In this document: in pieces, positions 1 through 9,692 of the stretch
Layout: every line of letters starts with the position of its first letter
Numbering within the stretch: position 1 is the first letter of the stretch
Source: Ignavibacteria bacterium
GTDB taxonomy: Bacteria; Bacteroidota; Ignavibacteria; Ignavibacteriales; Melioribacteraceae
Assembly: GCA_012719345.1 (NCBI GenBank)
Contig: JAAYAN010000190.1
Span: 10-64,009 of the forward strand
Direction: 5' to 3'
Length of the DNA: 64,000 bases
The notes under the pieces: generated by a model
Databases searched by the model: none
Told to the model about the DNA's origin: nothing
Seen by the model: only the letters and a program-made list of their open reading frames with translations
Program-made: the position numbers and the translations under genes

Positions 1-1190
1 TTGATTTAATTCCTTTTGCATTAGCTGGCGACACTATGATGAATATTTCTGAACAGCTTAATAATGAAAGACTGTTATCGGAACAAAAGTATAAGCAAGA
101 CGATGTTAATCTGAAAATCATTAAAATAAGACAGGAAATTGAAGAAAAAAAGAAAAACCTGAATTTCACTTTAAATATTGAAACAAGTGATTTCTATGAA
201 GATCAGATTAAACAATTAGTTCGAAAACATTTCTTTTCCGATATGCCTGAACTACCAGAAACATTAAAAGTTTTACATGATTTTTCTGGTTCTGAAACTA
301 ATGAGTTTAGTCAATTAGTAAATAACCTAAAGCACAGTTTTAAAGACTCTTTTGCTAGTTTAAATACCGAATATTCGTATATAAAAAATCAACTTGATTC
401 TATAAGTAGAAAAATCAGGGATGCTGAAAAAAGTGCAGAAGATGAATATATTTCTGATTTAAGACAAAAGAAAGATGCTTTAGACAAGCGAATTCTAACA
501 ATTGAAAAGGAAATTGAAACATTACATATAAAAATTGGTGAATTCAATAACCAGATTAAAACTTATAAGCAACGGCAAGAAATTTTAAGAAAAAAAATTG
601 ATGATTCAACCGAGTATTCCGAAAAAGAACAGAAAACTAAACAATTAATAAATATACTCCAGAATTACATTGGCTTATTTAAAGCAGAAAAGAAAAAATC
701 GCTTGAAGAGAAAATGCTCAAAGGATTAAATACCTTATTACATAAAGAAAATTTCATTACAAAAGTTGAAGTTGATATTAGTGTTACAGGTGATGATATT
801 GATATTACTTTATATAATCACAAAGGTCGGATAATTGATAAAGGTTCATTATCAATGGGTGAAAGACAAATGTATGCATCTGCTTTGTTAAATGCGCTTG
901 TGGATGAATCGGATATTGATTTCCCTGTATTTATTGACAGCCCGATGCAAAAATTCGATGAACAGCATGCCGCGAATATAATAAAATATTTCTATCCAAA
1001 TGTTTCTAAACAAGTTGTTATTTTCCCATTAATCAATAAAGAATTGACGGCGAAAGAATATAGACAATTACAACCAAACGTAGCTAAAGCCTATTTAATC
1101 AATAATATTACAACAGATAGTTCTGAATTTTTAACAACAACACCTGAAGATTTTCTTAATACCTATAACGAGATTTACTATGCAAATTAA
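1..1190 (+). CDS. DndD-like ABC/SMC-type ATPase, C-terminal part (ORF is open to position 1, so the 5' end lies outside the window)
   Basis: There is no stop codon in frame between nt 3 and the listed ATG. A long K/E-rich coiled-coil region is followed by an ABC signature LSMGERQ, a Walker B/D-loop FPVFIDSPMQKFD, an H-loop EQH, and YFYPNVSKQVVIFPL. This arrangement is recalled from DndD C-termini. Confidence 0.6.
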   Translation, partial: DLIPFALAGDTMMNISEQLNNERLLSEQKYKQDDVNLKIIKIRQEIEEKKKNLNFTLNIETSDFYEDQIKQLVRKHFFSDMPELPETLKVLHDFSGSETNEFSQLVNNLKHSFKDSFASLNTEYSYIKNQLDSISRKIRDAEKSAEDEYISDLRQKKDALDKRILTIEKEIETLHIKIGEFNNQIKTYKQRQEILRKKIDDSTEYSEKEQKTKQLINILQNYIGLFKAEKKKSLEEKMLKGLNTLLHKENFITKVEVDISVTGDDIDITLYNHKGRIIDKGSLSMGERQMYASALLNALVDESDIDFPVFIDSPMQKFDEQHAANIIKYFYPNVSKQVVIFPLINKELTAKEYRQLQPNVAKAYLINNITTDSSEFLTTTPEDFLNTYNEIYYAN

Positions 1191-2763
1191 TATTAAAACA
1201 TCTGAGAAGAATCAAGAGGTTGTGAGAAAATTAACTTCTAAACTACCACACGGTACTAAAGAAAATGTTATAGCCCGTATTGCATTGGGTTATTCACTTC
1301 AAACAGGTAAAAAATTTACTTCCTCAGATTTTAATCTTTACGATTCAAAAGGAAAAGAATATAAAGAGCATATTTTATTTGATGCAAAGTTCAGGGATTT
1401 TTATATCGCCTTGATATGTCAGTATTACAATATTTATAAAACTGATGAAAATATCACAAAGTATATAAAAGTTCATATTGACCATGGTTTAGAACTGATA
1501 GATAATATTTTTCAAGATAACTTTAATTATACTTTTTTTGACTTTCTTGTAGAATACATTGAAAAAGGTTTGCTCCATTTAAATGATTTAAGTGTCTCAC
1601 TTGATGCAGTTAAAAATAATCAGCAACACATCGAAAAGTCTTTCTTTTCTAATCCTATTAGAATTGAGGTTGGCAAAAGGATTGATAATGACGAAATCAT
1701 TGAACTAGAATTAAATAATACTAAACTTTATAATAATTGTCATATAGCTGTTGCCGGTAATTCTGGTACCGGTAAAACACAGTTTGCACTTGAATTTTTA
1801 TCACAACTTTTTGAAAACTCAAATGGACATGTCAATTTCATATATCTTGATTTTAAAGGGCTGAAACAAGATGATGTTAAAGAAATGGAAACATTCTTTA
1901 ATGCAACGCAAACTGATTTTGTTGATGTTCCACAAACGCCTTTCCCTGTTAATCCCTTGACTTTCATAGATAATATTAATGAAGTAAATAAAAATATGGG
2001 AATTGATAAATTTGTTGATATTGTTTGTAAATACTCAAATCTTGGAATAAAGCAAAAAGGAAAGTTAAGAGAAGCAACTGCTGAATCCTTTATTGAGCAA
2101 AAAGGTGGAACTTATCCAACAATGAGTCAAATTAATGCGCATCTGCAAGAGCTTATTGGTGATAAAAAAGACACACTTACAGAGATTATTGATGAATTAA
2201 GTAGATATAAAATATTTATAGACGATCCTAAAAATCAGTCGAACTTTTTTAATAAAAATCTTTATTTATCGCTTTCTGGCGACTTATCTAATTCAGTCCG
2301 CTTTACATCCTTATTCTTAATTATAAATTACATTTACAATACTTTTATGAATATGGATAACACACCTGTTGAAAACGGTTCCAAAGCCTTACGTTATGTT
2401 ATTTTAATTGACGAAGCGCATGTATTATTTAAAGAAAAGAAATATCAAGACATTTTAGAAAAAATGCTTCGCGAATTCCGTTCAAAAGGAGTTTCAGTTA
2501 TGTTACTCTCTCAAGGGATTGAAGAATATAATCAATCTGATTTTGATTTTTCAACTATGTGCGAAATTGCTTTTTTGCTTGATATTAAAGATAAAAATCA
2601 GAAAATGATGGAAAAATTTCTTGGTTTATCAGGCAATGCAAGTAAAACAATTGCCCGCAGTATGGAAAACATAAAAAAAGGTCAGTCTATATCAAATATT
2701 AAAGAATTTGAAACAGCTAAATTGTTTAAAGTAAAACAATATTGGGAAAGGAGACTCAAATAA
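1180..2763 (+). CDS. DndE-like N-terminal domain fused to a HerA/FtsK-like P-loop NTPase
   Basis: It overlaps the upstream ORF by 11 nt. The N-terminal ~110 aa (ENVIARIALGYSLQTG..SKGKEY..HIDHGLELI) resemble the DndE family. Walker A is AGNSGTGKTQF (aa ~190) and Walker B is YVILIDEAHVLF (aa ~405). Confidence 0.5.
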   Translation: MQINIKTSEKNQEVVRKLTSKLPHGTKENVIARIALGYSLQTGKKFTSSDFNLYDSKGKEYKEHILFDAKFRDFYIALICQYYNIYKTDENITKYIKVHIDHGLELIDNIFQDNFNYTFFDFLVEYIEKGLLHLNDLSVSLDAVKNNQQHIEKSFFSNPIRIEVGKRIDNDEIIELELNNTKLYNNCHIAVAGNSGTGKTQFALEFLSQLFENSNGHVNFIYLDFKGLKQDDVKEMETFFNATQTDFVDVPQTPFPVNPLTFIDNINEVNKNMGIDKFVDIVCKYSNLGIKQKGKLREATAESFIEQKGGTYPTMSQINAHLQELIGDKKDTLTEIIDELSRYKIFIDDPKNQSNFFNKNLYLSLSGDLSNSVRFTSLFLIINYIYNTFMNMDNTPVENGSKALRYVILIDEAHVLFKEKKYQDILEKMLREFRSKGVSVMLLSQGIEEYNQSDFDFSTMCEIAFLLDIKDKNQKMMEKFLGLSGNASKTIARSMENIKKGQSISNIKEFETAKLFKVKQYWERRLK

Positions 2764-2764
2764 A

Positions 2765-2986
2765 ATGTCCAACGCTCAATTTGAAAAAATTCCTTATGAA
2801 AAGCTAGTTCTGGATACAAACAATCCATGATTGCCAATATCTATGGGAAATAAAACTGAAAAAGAAATAATAAACTTTTTTTTGTCCGATGCTTCCTTAA
2901 TAGAATTAATGCTTGCAATTCGCAAAAATGATTTATATGATTTTATAGAGGAAAATAAAGAGAAATACTTTATAATTGGCGGTTAA
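2765..2986 (+). pseudogene. ParB/Srx-like N-terminal domain remnant (in-frame TGA plus 3' truncation)
   Basis: Translation is MSNAQFEKIPYEKLVLDTNNP*LPIS..LIELMLAIRKNDLYDFIEENKEKYFIIGG*. The TGA at 2828-2830 sits where the ParB motif NPR has its Arg codon. The frame ends at the position of the GxRR motif, 1 nt before the ATG of the restriction gene. Confidence 0.55.
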
Positions 2987-2987
2987 T

Positions 2988-3965
2988 ATGGTTACTACAA
3001 ATTCAAAACAAATGACTAGTGGAAAAGCCTTTGAGTATGCTTTGCTTACTCAGTTTGAAGAAAAGCTACAAGACAAAACAAATGTTGAAGTTGTAGAAAA
3101 TTCTTCATTTCATATTGCCAAAGGATGTTTTGAAAATACAAATAAGACTAAGCAAAGCGATTATCTACTTACGGCAAGTTTCGCAGTAAATTTTTTAATG
3201 GATATAGAACCAAGACTTTCTAATGATATTGGAATCCAAGATGTTCTTCAACTTGAAATATTATCAGACGATCATGGTAAATCTGGGGATGTTAGAGATG
3301 TGTTGGCAATTAGATTATTGCAAAAATGGGAAATTGGTGTTTCTGCAAAAAACAATCATCATGCTGTTAAGCATTCCCGTTTATCTCATTTGATAGATTT
3401 TGGTGAAAAATGGTTAGGTGTAAAAGTCTCTAAAGAATACTTTGAAACAATAACTCCAATTTTTAAAAACCTAGAAAATTTAAGAAAAGAAAGCAATACC
3501 ACAAAGAAATGGAGTGAATTAGGAGATTATCATTCTACTGTTTATGTCCCAATTTTGAATGCTTTTATTAGAGAACTCAAAAAACTTAATGAAAATAATG
3601 TAGAAATTCCTTCACAGCTAGTGTCGTATTTGATAGGAAATAAGGATTTTTACAAAGTTATTAAAAGCAAAAATACTGTAGAAATTCAGGCATATAATAT
3701 AAATGGTACATTAAATTTGGCTTTTAAGAATATTGAACCAAAATACAAGACTCCTCAAGTGCCATTGCCGACTGAAATATTAGACATAAGTTTCAAAGAA
3801 AACAGCAATACTACAATTATTGTCACAATGAATAATGATTGGACACTTTCTTTTAGAATACATAATGCTAGTTCAAGAATTGAATCATCATTAAAATTTG
3901 ACATTATTCTTCTAAAATCCCCCAAAAAATTATTTAAGAATACTTTAAATATTAGCAAAGATTAG
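2988..3965 (+). CDS. Type II restriction endonuclease, HaeIII-like (inferred from its partner)
   Basis: It lies 2 nt upstream of an M.HaeIII-like methyltransferase on the same strand and is ~325 aa long. The ATG at 2988 is preferred over the TTG at 2976. I cannot recall R.HaeIII motifs well enough to confirm the family. Confidence 0.45.
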   Translation: MVTTNSKQMTSGKAFEYALLTQFEEKLQDKTNVEVVENSSFHIAKGCFENTNKTKQSDYLLTASFAVNFLMDIEPRLSNDIGIQDVLQLEILSDDHGKSGDVRDVLAIRLLQKWEIGVSAKNNHHAVKHSRLSHLIDFGEKWLGVKVSKEYFETITPIFKNLENLRKESNTTKKWSELGDYHSTVYVPILNAFIRELKKLNENNVEIPSQLVSYLIGNKDFYKVIKSKNTVEIQAYNINGTLNLAFKNIEPKYKTPQVPLPTEILDISFKENSNTTIIVTMNNDWTLSFRIHNASSRIESSLKFDIILLKSPKKLFKNTLNISKD

Positions 3966-3967
3966 TT

Positions 3968-5098
3968 ATGAAAATAATCTCTTTATTTACAGGTGCTGGT
4001 GGTCTTGATCTTGGTTTTCATAAAGCAGGATTTGAGACAACTTGGGCAAACGAATTTGACCCAACAATTTGGGAAACTTTTGAACACAATTTTCCAGATA
4101 CTTTTTTAGATAAAAGAAGTATTGTGGATATTCAAAGCTTTGAAGTTCCAGATTGCATAGGAATTATTGGAGGACCTCCGTGTCAAAGTTGGAGCGAGGC
4201 AGGAGCAGGAAGAGGGATAAACGACAAAAGGGGACAACTATTTTTTGAGTACATTCGTATTTTAAAAGAAAAAGAACCTTTATTTTTTCTTGCTGAAAAT
4301 GTATCTGGAATCCTTTTACCAAGACACAAAGAAGCATTTAAATCTATATTACAACAATTTAAATCACTCAATTATAATGTTACATATTACCTGTTAAATG
4401 CTAATGACTATGGAGTACCACAAGATAGAAAAAGGGTTATTATCGTAGGTTATCACAAAAAGATGGGTAAACAATTTGTCCCACCAAAAGAAATTTTACC
4501 AAAACCAGTTTTGAAAGACGCTATTTGGGACTTAAGACTTGCAAAACCAGCAAAAGAAAAAAATTATGCAAATGATACCTGTAATTTACATTGTCAAAAT
4601 CATGAATATATGAATGGTGGTTTTTCAACTATTTATATGTCAAGAAATCGTGTAAGAAGCTGGAATGAACCAAGTTTTACTATCCAAGCAGGAGGTCGTC
4701 ATGCTCCACTTCATCCACAAGCTCCAAAAATGAAATTTATTGAACAAAACAAAAGAATTTTTGTACCTGGAAAAGAAGATTTATACAGAAGGCTTTCTGT
4801 TCGTGAGTGTGCAAGAATACAAACCTTCCCTGATGATTTTTTATTTAAATACAAAAATGTATCTGATGGTTATAAAATGATCGGGAATGCAGTACCTGTA
4901 GAATTTGCAAAACAACTTGCTGTTGTGATTTATAAAGACATTTTAGAATATTTAAAGTCTTTAAAAGAGCTCAAAAAAAACACACCGAACTATGAGAGGA
5001 ATGAAATAGCTTTTACACAGAAAGATTGTATAAGCCCTAATCCGCCATTAGGAAATAATATAATGTCCGATCGATTAACAAAATCTATATCCCGATAG
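3968..5098 (+). CDS. DNA (cytosine-5)-methyltransferase, M.HaeIII-like (probable GGCC specificity)
   Basis: Motif I is FTGAGGLDLGF, motif IV GGPPCQSWS, motif VI FLAENVSG, motif VIII QDRKRVIIVG and motif X GNAVPV. The target-recognition region (NHEY..STIYMSRNRVRSWNEPSFTIQAGGR..LHPQAP) is collinear with M.HaeIII as I recall it. Confidence 0.9.
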   Translation: MKIISLFTGAGGLDLGFHKAGFETTWANEFDPTIWETFEHNFPDTFLDKRSIVDIQSFEVPDCIGIIGGPPCQSWSEAGAGRGINDKRGQLFFEYIRILKEKEPLFFLAENVSGILLPRHKEAFKSILQQFKSLNYNVTYYLLNANDYGVPQDRKRVIIVGYHKKMGKQFVPPKEILPKPVLKDAIWDLRLAKPAKEKNYANDTCNLHCQNHEYMNGGFSTIYMSRNRVRSWNEPSFTIQAGGRHAPLHPQAPKMKFIEQNKRIFVPGKEDLYRRLSVRECARIQTFPDDFLFKYKNVSDGYKMIGNAVPVEFAKQLAVVIYKDILEYLKSLKELKKNTPNYERNEIAFTQKDCISPNPPLGNNIMSDRLTKSISR

Positions 5099-5260
5099 AA
5101 CAAGATAAGATTTTCTAAGTCGGTATTACCAAAATAGACAATAATAAAAGCTCAACCATAATATTGTTTATTATAATGACTATTTTGGGATAATCCTAAC
5201 AATTATTACCTCCTAACGTAAAACCTCCGAAAAAAATCAAACCCCCCACCGGTGCAAACC

Positions 5261-6058
5261 TCAGCAATTCGTGGCGGCGGTTAAATCCTTAATTAAAGAA
5301 AGAGTTTTGTTATAGTTGTTACCGGATTGATAATCTTCCGAAAGAGCTTTTATTACAGCGCTGCCGACGATTACGCCGTCGCACATAGGCGAAAACCGTT
5401 TAACGTCTTCTCCGGTAGAAATTCCGAAACCGATTAGCATTTTATTTTTCTTAACCGTTTCGTAAGTGAATTTTATCCGCTCCAGCGAGTAATTATCAAA
5501 ACTTTTGCGTATGCCTGTTGTTCCGATTACGCTCACGCAATAAACAAAGCCTTCCGATTTTTCATCAATCATTTTAATCCGGTTTTCGGGCGAGGTGGGG
5601 GTAGTTAACAGAACCACATCCAATCCTTTGAAATCATCGGTGACAAAATCGTCATATTCCTCGTAAGGAACATCCGGCAGAATTATCCCGTTAACCCCGG
5701 CAGCTTTCGCGGCATCTGTAAATTTCTTTAATCCCATATTTAAAATAGGATTTGTATAACCCATAAAAACGAGAGGTTTATCCGTTCTTTTACGTATCGC
5801 GGCTGCAAAATCAACAGCGCGCTGAATTGTAATTCCTTTCTGCAAAGCTTCGTAAGAAGAATGTTGAATAACCGGACCATCCGCCAAAGGGTCGCTGAAA
5901 GGAATGCCGATTTCGAGCATATCCGCCCCGGCATCCAAAACGCTGATGGCAAGATCGACAAAACTATCCGGGTCGGGGTAACCCGCCGTGAGATAGACTG
6001 ATAAAACTTTACGGTTTTGCGAATTCACTTTTTCAATATATTCTGATATGTACGACAT
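5261..6058 (-). CDS. trpA: Tryptophan synthase alpha chain
   Basis: Contains the motifs YLTAGYPD, EIGIPFSDPLADGPVIQ and GFGIS, and is adjacent to trpB. Confidence 0.9.
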   Translation of the reverse strand: MSYISEYIEKVNSQNRKVLSVYLTAGYPDPDSFVDLAISVLDAGADMLEIGIPFSDPLADGPVIQHSSYEALQKGITIQRAVDFAAAIRKRTDKPLVFMGYTNPILNMGLKKFTDAAKAAGVNGIILPDVPYEEYDDFVTDDFKGLDVVLLTTPTSPENRIKMIDEKSEGFVYCVSVIGTTGIRKSFDNYSLERIKFTYETVKKNKMLIGFGISTGEDVKRFSPMCDGVIVGSAVIKALSEDYQSGNNYNKTLSLIKDLTAATNC

Positions 6059-6070
6059 TTTTTCTCCCGA

Positions 6071-7273
6071 TTATAAATTCAGACTGCTTATTATTGTATT
6101 CAAATCCTTATCGCCTCTGCCGGAAATATTCACGATAACAATTTCGCCGGTTTTTGTTCCGGGCATAAGTTTGTTAAGATATGCCACGGCGTGGGCGGAT
6201 TCAAGCGCTGGCAAAATCCCCTCGTAACGGCTGAGCAACTGGGTTGCCGCCAAAGCTTCATCGTCGGTAATGGAGCCGTAAACCGCGCGGTTTTCATCTT
6301 TAAGGAAACAGTGTTCCGGTCCGACACCGGGATAATCCAATCCTGCAGAAATTGAATGAACTTCGCCAACCTGCCCGAATTCATCCTGAATTAAATAATT
6401 TTTCATTCCCTGGAAAATCCCGATTTTACCTTTTGTGAGAGTCGCGCTGTGTTTGTTTGTGTCAAGTCCGCAGCCTGCAGCTTCAACCCCTATAAGTTTT
6501 ACGGAAGTGTCATCGATAAAAGGATAAAACATTCCCATCGAGTTAGAGCCGCCGCCGACGCAGGCAATAATATAATCCGGCAATCTTCCTTCTTTTTTAA
6601 GAATTTGTTCTTTTGTTTCGGCACCGATAACAGACTGAAAATCGCGGACGAGCATAGGGTAGGGGTGCGGACCTACAACCGAACCGATTATATAATGAGT
6701 ATCGCGCACGTTTGCCACCCAGTCACGGATTGCCTCGTTTGTCGCATCTTTAAGAGTTTTACTCCCGGATGTTACAGGAATAACTTCCGCGCCCAGCATT
6801 TTCATCCTGTGTACGTTAAGTTTTTGGCGTTCAACATCTACTTCGCCCATGTAAACCGCGCATTTAATCCCGAATTTGGCGCAGACAGTTGCAGTTGCAA
6901 CCCCGTGCTGACCCGCTCCGGTTTCGGCGATAATTCTTGTTTTACCAAGTTTCTGAGCAAGCAGAATCTGCCCGAGCGCGTTGTTAAGTTTGTGAGCACC
7001 CGTGTGGCACAAATCCTCACGTTTCAAGTAAATTTTAGCCTTCCCGAACAATTCAGTCAGTCTTTTTGCGTAAGTCAGCGGAGTAGGTCTGCCGTTATAT
7101 TCACTTTGCAATTCTTCAAGATCAGCAAGAAACCCCGGATCGTTTTTATATTTCAGGTAAGTGGCTTCAAGTTCTTCAAGCGCGTTCATAAGGGTTTCTG
7201 GCACGTACTTTCCGCCGTAAATTCCGAATTTACCTCTTTTATCGGGGAACTGGTATTTATTTTTTGAACTCAT
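6071..7273 (-). CDS. trpB: Tryptophan synthase beta chain
   Basis: Contains GRPTPL, the PLP-lysine region HTGAHKLNN, and GGGSN. Confidence 0.95.
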   Translation of the reverse strand: MSSKNKYQFPDKRGKFGIYGGKYVPETLMNALEELEATYLKYKNDPGFLADLEELQSEYNGRPTPLTYAKRLTELFGKAKIYLKREDLCHTGAHKLNNALGQILLAQKLGKTRIIAETGAGQHGVATATVCAKFGIKCAVYMGEVDVERQKLNVHRMKMLGAEVIPVTSGSKTLKDATNEAIRDWVANVRDTHYIIGSVVGPHPYPMLVRDFQSVIGAETKEQILKKEGRLPDYIIACVGGGSNSMGMFYPFIDDTSVKLIGVEAAGCGLDTNKHSATLTKGKIGIFQGMKNYLIQDEFGQVGEVHSISAGLDYPGVGPEHCFLKDENRAVYGSITDDEALAATQLLSRYEGILPALESAHAVAYLNKLMPGTKTGEIVIVNISGRGDKDLNTIISSLNL

Positions 7274-8289
7274 TATTTTAACTCCCTTTCAACTATCGGC
7301 GCAAGTTGTTTTAATTTATTCATAAGTTTTTCAAACTGAACAGGCGACAAGGACTGGTACCCGTCGGATAAAGCTTCTTCCGGTTTGTGATGAACTTCAA
7401 TTATAAGCCCGTCTGCTCCGGCTGCAATTCCTGCAAGCGCCATAGCGGGAACTTTATCGCCGATTCCTATCCCGTGCGAAGGATCGACGAGAATAGGCAG
7501 ATGCGAATGTTTTTTCACTACAGGAACCGCGTTCAAATCGAGTGTGTTCCGTGTGGAAGTTTCGAAAGTTCTGATTCCTCTTTCGCAAAGAATTATATTA
7601 AAATTGTTTTGCGCTGCAATGTATTCCGCGCTCATTAACAGATCCTCTACCGTTGCTGAAAGTCCGCGCTTTAATAAAATCGGTTTCCCGGTTTTCCCGA
7701 CTTCCTCAAGCAGAGCGAAGTTCTGCATATTTCTCGCGCCAATCTGGATTATATCTGCAACGTCAGCAACTTCGGTTATGTTATGCGGATTAAGAAGCTC
7801 GGTAATAATTGTCAACCCGAATTGAGATTTAACTTCGGCTAGATATTCCAATCCTTTCTCCTTTAATCCCTGAAAAGCGTAAGGACTTGAACGGGGTTTA
7901 TAAGCTCCGGCGCGAAAGAATTTTATTCCCTGATTTTTAAGTATTTCGGCAATTGTTAAAATCTGTTCGCGGCTTTCAACCGAGCAGGGACCGGCAATAA
8001 TTGCAAGGTTTTTCCCGCCTATTTCATTCCCGGAAATATTCAGGATTGTATCCTCTTTTTTCATCTCGCGGCTTACCAGTTTATATTTCTGCGAAATTCG
8101 TACAACATCTTCAACCGATTTCATAACTCTGAAATCATCTTCTTTTAAAAGATTCGTCGCGCCTGTAATTCCAATCCCGAGTTTTCTTGTTCCGGGCAGT
8201 TCGTGCGGCGTGCATCCCAGCGAAATAATCTTATCTTTAATTTTCTCGATGTCCGTTCTCGGAGCGTCAAGTTCAAGCAGTATCATCAT
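7273..8289 (-). CDS. 3-deoxy-7-phosphoheptulonate (DAHP) synthase, type I-beta with an N-terminal regulatory domain
   Basis: Contains [25 protein letters not shown]-like and KRG..DPSH motifs. There is a ~75 aa N-terminal extension like that of Thermotoga-type DAH7PS. The gene is embedded in the trp operon and its stop overlaps the trpB start. Confidence 0.85.
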   Translation of the reverse strand: MMILLELDAPRTDIEKIKDKIISLGCTPHELPGTRKLGIGITGATNLLKEDDFRVMKSVEDVVRISQKYKLVSREMKKEDTILNISGNEIGGKNLAIIAGPCSVESREQILTIAEILKNQGIKFFRAGAYKPRSSPYAFQGLKEKGLEYLAEVKSQFGLTIITELLNPHNITEVADVADIIQIGARNMQNFALLEEVGKTGKPILLKRGLSATVEDLLMSAEYIAAQNNFNIILCERGIRTFETSTRNTLDLNAVPVVKKHSHLPILVDPSHGIGIGDKVPAMALAGIAAGADGLIIEVHHKPEEALSDGYQSLSPVQFEKLMNKLKQLAPIVERELK

Positions 8290-8903
8290 AAATTTATCCT
8301 GTAAGAATTTATCATTTTCATAAATGTTTTAATTTTATTTTCATCTTTTATTCCCGGAGCAGTTTCAACCGATGAAGAAATATCGACTGCAGCCGGTTTA
8401 ATCTCATTGATTATCAAATCAATATTTTCCGCGGAAATTCCTCCGGCAAGAATAATTTTTTCGCGCATTCCTGCGGGAATATTTTCCCAGTTAAAAGTTT
8501 TACCGGTTCCGCCGTATTCTTTCTCGTTAAAACTATCCAACAGAAATCCGCAGTTTTTGTAATTGTTAAGAATCGCGAAATTAAAATCATCTTTAACCCG
8601 GAATCCTTTAATAACAGGTAGATTGATCCCCTCTGTTAATTCCGGAGTTTCATCCCCTGAAAGTTGAACCGCGCTTAATCCGGCAATTTTTGCAACCCGG
8701 TTTATTTCTTCAGCCGGTTCATTTACAAAAACGCCGATTTTAAGAATAAAAGGGGAGAGGCGCGAAGATATTTCCCCGGCATTTCCGGGAGAAATGTATC
8801 TTTTGCTTCCTTTGAAAAAAATGTAACCGATAGCGTCGGCTCCGTATTTTTCGCAGTAAAGCGCATCTTCAATTCGGGTTATTCCGCAAATTTTTACTTT
8901 CAC
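8286..8903 (-). CDS. trpF: Phosphoribosylanthranilate isomerase
   Basis: Starts MKVKICGIT and contains QLSG and LAGGI motifs. Operon context supports the call. Confidence 0.9.
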   Translation of the reverse strand: MKVKICGITRIEDALYCEKYGADAIGYIFFKGSKRYISPGNAGEISSRLSPFILKIGVFVNEPAEEINRVAKIAGLSAVQLSGDETPELTEGINLPVIKGFRVKDDFNFAILNNYKNCGFLLDSFNEKEYGGTGKTFNWENIPAGMREKIILAGGISAENIDLIINEIKPAAVDISSSVETAPGIKDENKIKTFMKMINSYRINL

Positions 8904-9692
8904 TTAACACCATTCTCTTAATTGTTTTAAAGCGTCGCCGATATTTTTCTGCTTCATCAAATGCTCGCCGACAAGGATTGCATTTGTCCGCGTTTCCTTC
9001 AAAAAATCCAAATCGTCTTTTTTGCCAATCCCGCTTTCCGAAACAAGAACAACTTCTTTGGGAATCATTTCTCCAAGCTTTTCGGTGGTTCTCAAATCCA
9101 CATTAAATGTTTTTAAATCGCGGTTGTTTATCCCGATAATGTTGTTAATCTTAAAGCTTATCTTGTCTATTTCCTCTGCGGAATGAAGTTCAAGCAGGAC
9201 GGATAAATCAAGTTCCTTCGCGCAGAGTGAAAGCTCTTTTATCTGGTTTGCACTCAAAATTTCGGCAATTAGAAGAATCGCATCTGCTCCGTTTGCCTTT
9301 GCTTCGTAAATCTGGAATTCGTCAATTATAAATTCTTTCCGCAAAAGGGGAATTGATTTAATCTTTGCAATGTCTTTTAAGAAAGAAATATTACCTTTGA
9401 AAAAATTTCTATCCGTTAAAACCGAAATCGCATCAGCTCCGTTATTCATATAAATATCGGCAGTTTTAAGATGATGAAAATCCTCGCGGATAATTCCTTT
9501 TGAAGGGCTTGCTTTTTTTACTTCGGCAATAATGCTAAGCTTACCGGATTTTGAAACAGCTCCAGAGAAATCGAGAGTTTTCTGATCAAAAAACTCGGAA
9601 TCTTCAAAAAACGATAGTTTGCAATCTTTGCGTAATTTTTTAACTTCGTCTTTTTTTACTTCAATTATTTCATCAAGAATTGTCATATTCAA
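8904..9692 (-). CDS. trpC: Indole-3-glycerol-phosphate synthase
   Basis: Contains IIAEVKKASPSKG, LRKEFIID and IGINNRDL motifs. Confidence 0.9.
   Translation of the reverse strand: MNMTILDEIIEVKKDEVKKLRKDCKLSFFEDSEFFDQKTLDFSGAVSKSGKLSIIAEVKKASPSKGIIREDFHHLKTADIYMNNGADAISVLTDRNFFKGNISFLKDIAKIKSIPLLRKEFIIDEFQIYEAKANGADAILLIAEILSANQIKELSLCAKELDLSVLLELHSAEEIDKISFKINNIIGINNRDLKTFNVDLRTTEKLGEMIPKEVVLVSESGIGKKDDLDFLKETRTNAILVGEHLMKQKNIGDALKQLREWC

Noticed and set aside
6449-7267. 272-aa plus-strand ORF in the ORF track
   Set aside because: It lies entirely antisense to the well-supported trpB gene. Its sequence is low-complexity with no motifs. It is a typical shadow ORF.
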